Shown here in pieces: positions 56,562 to 64,000 of a stretch of DNA of 64,000 nt. This DNA is from Mayamaea pseudoterrestris. Its lineage: Eukaryota. Below the pieces are notes generated by a model. That model searched no databases, was not told where the DNA came from, and saw nothing but the letters and a program-made list of their open reading frames with translations. The DNA lies in NCBI GenBank assembly GCA_027923505.1, contig BROI01000038.1, forward strand, positions 62,001-126,000, read 5' to 3'. The position numbers were made by a program, and so were the translations under genes. Numbering within the stretch: position 1 is the stretch's first letter; each line of letters begins with the position of its first letter.

Positions 56562-59500
56562 ATGTCGGAACGCAAGCTTGTTAATCCCGAAACTCCATCG
56601 GGAGTAGCAACTGCAGCAAATACTTCTGCTTCCACTGCAGCAGCTGCTCGAAGCACTGCTGCTCCTCCAAGCATGACACTCCGAGCTCGTCGTCGTCGCG
56701 AGGAAGCAGTCAGACGTCTTGTCGCGGACGTTCAATCGACTGGAGTTTCCGCCACTGGAACTTCCTGGGAGCGTTCCGATGGTACAACGTCAGCAGCAGC
56801 ATCCAGTCGCGAGACGCAGGATTGGATTGTTGCTTGCACCGTCGCGACGGCACTGGAGAAGGGACTGGATCGAGATCTTCACGCGGAACTGGTACAGGAA
56901 GCCAAGGATAACGCCGGACGCATTGGTCAAATCTGTCACGACCACGCTGACGTATTTCTAGCTAGCGTTGCCAAGGTTGCAGCACTAGCCACGCCGAGTG
57001 CGGATTTGGCCAATGGTTTGCGCGACGCATGGAAGGAATTAGAGCACAAGACTTCTGGACCAATGTGCAACGCTGGTACGCAGTGGGAGGACGCCTGTCA
57101 GTCTTATGCGAGGGCAAGAACCTTGCAAATTATGGTGCAGGCCTGCAAAATGGTGGCAGTACAGTTGGAGCGGGCCCGCAAGCAAGCGACGCAGGGACGA
57201 CCGCGGGCGGCGCTCGATGCAGTTGACAAGGCACGTAAGGCTTTAAGCATGCCTATGCAGGAACTGATACTGCAGTATTCCGGATCGAATAGTGGGGACG
57301 CCATTAATTTGTGGAAGGAGGCGACTGCTGGGTCGTCTGGATCCATGGCCTTGGCGTCGCCGGCCAAGGATGGATTTGACAAGGAAGATGGCACGGGCAA
57401 AAGTGACAGCGACAACAACAACAAGATGCTGCTCAATCTTGAACAAACTCCTTTTGGACAGAGAGCTTTGTTAATTTTACCCAAAATTGAGAATGAGGTG
57501 CTCATGAATGCCCGACGCAATCTCAACAGATGGTTCTTGTCGTTGCGGAGTGGCGGCGATGGCGCCCGAATCGGTCGGGCTGTATTAAGGCAATGCGCCG
57601 AGTCGGTATCGATTGGTACAGGACAGCTGGGTTTGGGAGGGCAGTTGCCGTCGGCTTATGTTTGGCGAGCAAAGACGGCGGATAATCTCATGGCTCGCTT
57701 GCATCAAACGGGCAAGGTTGCCAGAGCCGTTCGACACGGATACTGGTTTGACCGAGATGCCAACAAGGAATCAGAGCGAATAGAAGGGTTCACAAAAATG
57801 GGCATGGAACGTCGCGCTGAAGCTGTCGCGTCTGCGTTTGGATGGTATCGTTGCTGGGATGACGCAGCGGCCCTCCTCGTCGATCCGAGTGAATTCATGG
57901 ATGGAGACTCGAGCAAGGCTGGGCTAAGTGGGAGCCGACATGGATTAAGTGGAAGCAGGCATGGAGGATTGAGTGGGAGTCGACATGGAATGCGAGGAAG
58001 TCGACATGGCAAGCGTACGCTTGGATTTCGGGCGACGACAAGCAGCAGGAGCCAGGCGTTCCAGGATATTTCGTCGACGCTCGGACCCGCTGGGGCCGCC
58101 GTCATGGCTACCACAGCGACGAGTAAATGGGGTGACTTGCTCCTTCCGCCGATTTTGCACGACAAGGGATCGAATAGGTACGATGGAAGATTTATCTTGA
58201 TTTTGCGATTGATACGAGGCACAAGTTGAATGACAATAACTCACCATGTATACCAAATGAAACAACGCGCAGGCAAGAAGAGGACGATAAACTATTGATG
58301 CTCGCTGAATCGGTTCACCCAGTGCGTCGAGCGGAACTTGCGTTTAACTTGCTAGGTCGGTCACAAGAGTTTGTCGCCTATTATGAACACAATCGTTTCG
58401 GCGAGATGATCATCAGTGACAGCAAGGAAGAGAAGAAAAGTACACTTTCATCGCTCACTGGTGACGACGTTACTGTCGGGACGGATCGCATCTTCTTTGC
58501 TAAGACCTTTCCGCACTTGTGCGCCAGCGTCGTGGGTTTCAGTGCTGTTGAAGCAGCCTTGGAACTTGGCACCTTTTCTGATGATCTCGAGGAGGACAAG
58601 AACATGCGGAAAGGCATGGCAGGAAATGCCAAGTCTAGTTCCATTAACCACAGCCGCTTTCGCGAGTCTTCCGAGCGTTATGAGCGATCACTGATAAGTG
58701 AATTGGGCCGTGTGGTTCGCAGCAGAGCCATTCGCGGAAGCTTGGCCGAACTGGTTAGATCTTCGGCCATTATGGCTGCTTTTCGCGGCTCGCTAAAGGT
58801 AGTCCATCCCAGTTCTACAACTCGCCGTCACGATAAAGATCTCATGGCGCTCGATGTGGACATCCTGGTCACAGCTGTCAAGATTGCGCAGGACGAACAG
58901 CTCCGGGCGACTAGCGCAAGTAAGTGCTTGCATCTGGTCCACATTTTGGCAGTTTATGTTTGCTGGTCTAACAAGTATATGTTTAATTTCTCATGTACAG
59001 TCGTGGCTGATGATATCAAGATTCCAATGCTCGTTTCCGATGCGCTCAGTTCGCTACCTATGTACGGACACTCGCCAAAGGCGACTACTGGCATTCCCGA
59101 GCCAGAAGAAGTTGGTCTTCCTTTCGGACTGGTGCAGATGAAGCAGATCCCGCAAAAAGCCGACACGGACCTACAAGAGCAAGCTCGAACAAGCTTCAAC
59201 CGTGCTCCTATAGATGAAGTATTTACGTTCTCCGCGTCTGTTCCAGTGGTTTTGCGTGCCCTCCACGCCCGAGCCATTGCGATTGCTGCCTTTGCGCTCA
59301 CTCAAGAAGAGCTGGGTCAAAAGTTTCCCGAGAAAAAAGGAAGTCCAGCCGCTGGCTTCGTGCTGGATTGTGTAGAAGAGTGCATTAATGTCACGGCCAT
59401 TGGCCTAAAAGACACAGACAATGTTCTCGAGGAAGGCTCAGTTGAAAAGGCAGTCCAAGTCATGGCCAATATTTCTGCGTTGCAGCATTGCTTGCCTCGA

Positions 59501-60283
59501 TTCTTTGGGACTTTGATGCGAGGCTTGTGCCACATTGGGTTGATTCGGGCTGACGAGCTAGAAGAAACTTTTGCGTATGCCGAAAAGACGCTGAAGGGAG
59601 CTGACAAAGCTTGCGACGCTCAAGTCGGCAGCACATACAGTCTTGTTTACGAGATTTGTCGCAATAAAATTGATTCTCATTTGAACTATGCACTCGAAAG
59701 CTTCAACTGGATTGCCAAGACTGTGCGCGACACTCCAAATGCATATTGCGAGGGCCTGATTGGTTATCTTCGCTCCGTTTTTGCCTCGCTAGGCCCAATG
59801 GACGAAGGATCGCGTGCAGGTTTACACTTCAGTTGCTTGGGTCACGTTGCGGAGCGCTTGGTGAAGCTTCTCGCTGGGAAACCGGGTGATACAACTACCT
59901 TTGACGATTCCGGTTTACCACCGTTAAGTCGCATTGACGCATTTGGACTCAAAAACCTTCGTCAGGATTGCCAAGCCTTCCAAGATTTTGCTGATGCTCT
60001 AGGTATTCCGCAGCTAAGCGACTGCTTTAATGAGCTCAAGACTTTGACAGATGTCATGTTGGACAAGGAGCTTCCAATGCTGTTGCTGCCTGAGAATTCA
60101 GCTATTCGCCGCCGCAAGTATCCCATTTTAAGCTTGGAGAAAGTTGGAAATATCCTTGAAAAGTACGTTGGAACTGGCCTTGGGGACAAGCTGATGGGTG
60201 GCGGTGGTCGCAATGTCGACATTCTCTTCATCGACAAAAAGGAAGTTGGTCAACTCGTAAAAATTGTTAGAAGTCAGTTTTAA
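56562..60283 (+). CDS. SEC15: Exocyst subunit Sec15/EXOC6-like; introns 58178-58272 and 58920-59000
   Basis: N-terminal ICHDHADVFLASV and C-terminal CFNELKTLTDVML...RKYPILSLEKVGNILEKY resemble Sec15. Introns are GT-AG. Confidence 0.78.
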
Positions 60284-60683
60284 GATGATTGAATAAGCTT
60301 TGAAAATGCCATCTATTGTACGTTTGTAAGTGCGTCTTGTGATGTCATTTGAATGACGAGACTGCAGGAACTCACTATGCAAGTGAGGTGCAATGGTAAG
60401 CTCGCACAGCAATGTTGTTGGCACCAACCTTGTGCAAGTTGGGCTTACACTTGCAACGGTATTTAATATTTATGATTTGACCAGTTGATGTTAAAGTTTT
60501 CCTCGAAGCTATAGCACAACACATCATCTACCGGTATCAATAGCTACTTCTGTCCGTCGGATCGCAGCGGTAATGGCTGCGGCGCGGGAACCGCGACAAA
60601 TGGCGCGCCATCCGTGAACAACCAACCTTCGTCACACCCGCCGTCATCGCTCCCGTCCAGCCGCTTTTTATTTTTAAACAATA

Positions 60684-62159
60684 ATGTTTCGTCGTGGCAA
60701 GCCATCCAATCGGCCAGAAGCCACAGTATTGGTTGAAAAGACTGCATCGACTGCCGTAACGACAACGACGAATGGAGGCAGCAGCAGTCTTGCGCTTTCT
60801 CCAGTGATTGCCGTCGCGCAAGTCAAGCGAAATTTCCTCGGAACAGGCCCCTTTGACAAGCACTGGTTCAACTATGACTGCTGCGGCATTGTATGCGCCT
60901 TATTTACGTACATGCTGCATGTATATGGCGTGTACTGCGTGTGTGTCGTGCTGGTGCCGCCGTGGATGAGTGAGTTCTACGAGATCATGACAATGGACGG
61001 TTCGACGCAAAAGACTCGCTTCTTGACAGCGACTGGTCGCTTCACATCAACGCTCTTTTGCTTGCTGGCATTCCTGGCTTGTGCTGCACACTTCAAGGCC
61101 ATGACGACCGACCCGGGAGCAGTTCCTCCAGATGCAAGACCTCTTGCTGATCCTGCTGACGATGTTTTTCAATCGAAGCAGCAGCAAGAGTCAACAGATG
61201 CTGGCTCAATCAGTACGATGAGCAACAGTGATGGAATTTTATCGTCATCAGATATGGCCAGTGTTACCAGTAAGGCAACGTCTCTCGAGGCGGCACACGT
61301 TGAATCGTTGTTGACGACGCCATCCAAGACGAAGCGGCTATGCCGGAAATGTAAAGCGTTCAAACCTCAAAGAGCGCATCACTGCAGCGTTTGTCGAAGG
61401 TGCATCATCAAGATGGATCATCATTGCCCATGGTACGTCTTTATAGACGCCGTCTATTGTTGTGACAAGGTGTTCGCAAAACAGGTGTTTCGCTCACCTT
61501 GCCCTTTTACATTACTCAGGGTCAACAATTGCGTTGGAATCGGCAACCACAAGTATTTTTTGCTCTTTTGTTTTTACACCTTTCTCACCTGCATAGTCAG
61601 CTTGATACTTGTGGTATTTCGATTCTCGACATGCGTTTCTAATCATCGCAGCCACTACCACTACCATCGTGGTGGCTCGCATGAGGAGCAAGTAGCGAGT
61701 GCTGCTGCAATGGCAGGATCAACTGCCACGCAAGCATCATGCTTGGACCAACCGTCGGACCTTTTACTTGTCTTGGGACTTTTAATTGAGGCACTTTTGT
61801 TTGGCATGTTCACCAGTTGCATGATGGCAGATCAGATGGAAGTCGTCTACACCAAGTTGACGCACATTGATCGACTCAAGGGAACTGAAGTGGGAGGCAA
61901 TTTGCAGGGCGTTGCAGAAGTCTTTGGCGTTGGCCGGCGACGAGAAAAGGATGACAGGTTTCGACCCGACTGGCTGTCGCCATTTCACAAGATTTGCTTT
62001 CCAGAGAGTGTAAATGACCAAGTCATGGGCTTTTGTCGGCCGATACTTAACAATTTGGGATGCACTAATAGTAGCGGCATTAAGGAGACGGAACTATCGA
62101 CAACGCCGTTGAATGGAACAAGCAACAATGGACGAAGGCATATATCCGATCTTGTCTAA
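60684..62159 (+). CDS. DHHC palmitoyl acyltransferase; in-frame intron 61433-61519
   Basis: [48 protein letters not shown]. Confidence 0.95.
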   Translation: MFRRGKPSNRPEATVLVEKTASTAVTTTTNGGSSSLALSPVIAVAQVKRNFLGTGPFDKHWFNYDCCGIVCALFTYMLHVYGVYCVCVVLVPPWMSEFYEIMTMDGSTQKTRFLTATGRFTSTLFCLLAFLACAAHFKAMTTDPGAVPPDARPLADPADDVFQSKQQQESTDAGSISTMSNSDGILSSSDMASVTSKATSLEAAHVESLLTTPSKTKRLCRKCKAFKPQRAHHCSVCRRCIIKMDHHCPWYVFIDAVYCCDKVFAKQVFRSPCPFTLLRVNNCVGIGNHKYFLLFCFYTFLTCIVSLILVVFRFSTCVSNHRSHYHYHRGGSHEEQVASAAAMAGSTATQASCLDQPSDLLLVLGLLIEALLFGMFTSCMMADQMEVVYTKLTHIDRLKGTEVGGNLQGVAEVFGVGRRREKDDRFRPDWLSPFHKICFPESVNDQVMGFCRPILNNLGCTNSSGIKETELSTTPLNGTSNNGRRHISDLV

Positions 62160-62266
62160 TTCAGCATGGCGCTACGAGGTTCATGACATGGAACAACAAC
62201 GTGAAAATAAGCTATAGCATTTACAAGTTTACCATCTATCAGAGCACTTTTATAAGAACCACATGA

Positions 62267-64000
62267 CTACCTTGGCGGCATTGTATCTGGCTGTGAAAAT
62301 GAGAAACCATCCAGTGCCGACGATCTTGGCATCGTCATGGTGCCAGTGCCGACTGGCTGCTGCGCAGCGGCGTCAAATCCATCCGTCTCGGTATCTCCAA
62401 GTGCCATATCTCTCCAGACATCCATTCCTGACATGCTAAATGCTCGGCCGTACGATCGCCCGCCGCCATCGCCCCTCATGGCTCCACTGCCGCTGCCTTG
62501 AGGTGCGCCTGGGGCGTAAGGTGACGGGTGGGCACCTGTCACTTGACCAAACGTGTTCGTTGACGTGTTTATGTCGCCTGCCCCAAAGCCAGCTTGTACG
62601 AGCAAGTTCTCTTGTCGCTGAACAATCTTGCGAAGCTCTGACACTTGCTCAGTCAGTTCCTCGTTGCTGCTTTCCGCGCCGCCATTTTCTTGCGTCCGAC
62701 GTGCGTACCGCAAGATATCCGAAACCACCACGTCGGTCGACAAGGCATTGTGATAGAGTAGCCAAGTCTGTATCATGCCGGGCAATTGCATGGCAGCAAG
62801 TGCAAATAGCGGAACGAAGATAATGTGCCCGCACACAATGTCATGCACCAAATACAAAGGCTTGACAAACTTGAAACCGTACAAGAGTCCGACGAGACAA
62901 ATCGCGCCGATATAATAGTACGCGGCAAGTGCCAAGCGAATGTAATTGGAGTCTTCAATGAAAAGAGTCGCGACGCCAGCGACAATGCCAGAAAATAGTA
63001 AAATCTGAACCGTCCGCCGAATAGGATATGGCACGAAACGCTCTCTCGAGCCAAAGATGCGGCTGATCACCAATAAGGTGAAGATGAAGATAAGAACGTG
63101 GGTAATGCTGACTGTCGACTGGTTAAGTGACATGTCTTTTCTAAACAGGCTTGATCGTCTGATGCCTTCTCCTACCAAAACGTATAGCGCGCACTTAATC
63201 ATGAAGAAGGATTTGGACATGACTGGCATGTTCTTGTAAAAAGCATTCTCCTCGTTCCACCACATCGACCAACTTTTAATGGCACCTCCCGAGGACCCTC
63301 TCATCCATCGCATCCATATATCGTAATCGGAACAGACTGTGTTCCAATCGAACGTGAGTGGGTTAAACCAAAAGGGGCTGCACAGAAAAGACGCAGACGC
63401 AAGCCAAAGCGACCATGATCGCCCCCAGTATTGCTTCGCGTCGGTGTAAACGCCCATGAGTATCAAGCCGCATGCCAGTTCAACGCCAAGGTATAAGTGA
63501 CTCGCCGCGAAAAATCGAAATTGCTCGTCAAAAGGAGCGTGCTGCGTCACAAACCCTCTTCCAGTGGGTCGGTATTTTGCTCCGCCAACGAGAATAGTCT
63601 GAGCCATGTACATTGCTTTCGTCTGGATGTGGAACATGAAATGTAGTGGACCACCAGTGACGAAGACCAGGAAGATTTCGCGAAGGCTCGTCCACCAGCC
63701 TCGCTCAACACCTAGAGTCGCGAAGAGCGGAATTGTCTGCAGCAGTCCCAGACCTCCGAGAAGCATCTGAATTGTACCCATTGGCGTTATCAGTCGATCA
63801 CCAATCTTTTCCAGATCGTAAATTGCCAGCACGGCCATGAGATAGACAACGATGTAGACCGTAAGAACAGTCAATACGTTCGAGAAATAGTGACCAATGC
63901 CACCGTAGTAAAACGAGAGCAGTCGGAAGAAATCGAGGCGGAGACACATCCGATAAACGTCGCGCGATAAACTTTGCTCTGCTGCGCCTTGGCTCAACTT
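62267..64000 (-). CDS. 1,3-beta-glucan (callose/chrysolaminarin) synthase GT48, C-terminal part (5' end outside window)
   Basis: EQSLSRDVYR, RLDFFRLLSFYY, GGAKYRPTGRGFV, SPFWFNP and SWSMWWNEE. Confidence 0.95.
   Translation of the reverse strand, partial: KLSQGAAEQSLSRDVYRMCLRLDFFRLLSFYYGGIGHYFSNVLTVLTVYIVVYLMAVLAIYDLEKIGDRLITPMGTIQMLLGGLGLLQTIPLFATLGVERGWWTSLREIFLVFVTGGPLHFMFHIQTKAMYMAQTILVGGAKYRPTGRGFVTQHAPFDEQFRFFAASHLYLGVELACGLILMGVYTDAKQYWGRSWSLWLASASFLCSPFWFNPLTFDWNTVCSDYDIWMRWMRGSSGGAIKSWSMWWNEENAFYKNMPVMSKSFFMIKCALYVLVGEGIRRSSLFRKDMSLNQSTVSITHVLIFIFTLLVISRIFGSRERFVPYPIRRTVQILLFSGIVAGVATLFIEDSNYIRLALAAYYYIGAICLVGLLYGFKFVKPLYLVHDIVCGHIIFVPLFALAAMQLPGMIQTWLLYHNALSTDVVVSDILRYARRTQENGGAESSNEELTEQVSELRKIVQRQENLLVQAGFGAGDINTSTNTFGQVTGAHPSPYAPGAPQGSGSGAMRGDGGGRSYGRAFSMSGMDVWRDMALGDTETDGFDAAAQQPVGTGTMTMPRSSALDGFSFSQPDTMPPR

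Overview
Gene-dense eukaryotic nuclear DNA, most likely from a diatom. This is supported by bipartite plastid-targeting leaders with ASAF-like motifs, fucoxanthin-chlorophyll LHC genes, a diatom-type cyclin, RXL-motif secreted proteins and short 80-160 nt GT-AG introns. About 34 protein-coding genes can be modelled, many as divergent pairs. They include TPT, a RetSat-like oxidoreductase, TPR-Aha1, TRAPPC2L, plastid RecA, SAMDC, SEC22, TIM10, cyclin, RCE1, an MFS transporter, CIA1, fibrillin, an ABCB transporter, RNF10, DGD1, IPK1, RPA2, two Lhcr, CoaE, SEC15, a DHHC acyltransferase and a 1,3-beta-glucan synthase. The top observation is an intron-split uORF in the SAMDC leader, invisible to the ORF track: ATG 8907, intron 8913-9031, stop 9115. 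It encodes a 29-aa peptide ending in Tyr-Pro-Ser-stop, the PS* motif of polyamine-sensing uORFs in plants and fungi, which suggests polyamine-responsive translational control in a diatom. Also notable are a dispersed family of 42-bp tandem arrays carrying TGACG(T) in three intergenic regions, a second ~52-bp array, a 20-bp GC-rich motif shared by divergent promoters, a candidate silicalemma-type membrane protein, a miniature RanBP2-ZnF/FG-repeat gene and a tail-to-tail CDS overlap. All intron models and protein-family calls were made by eye and from remembered motifs; no searches were run.
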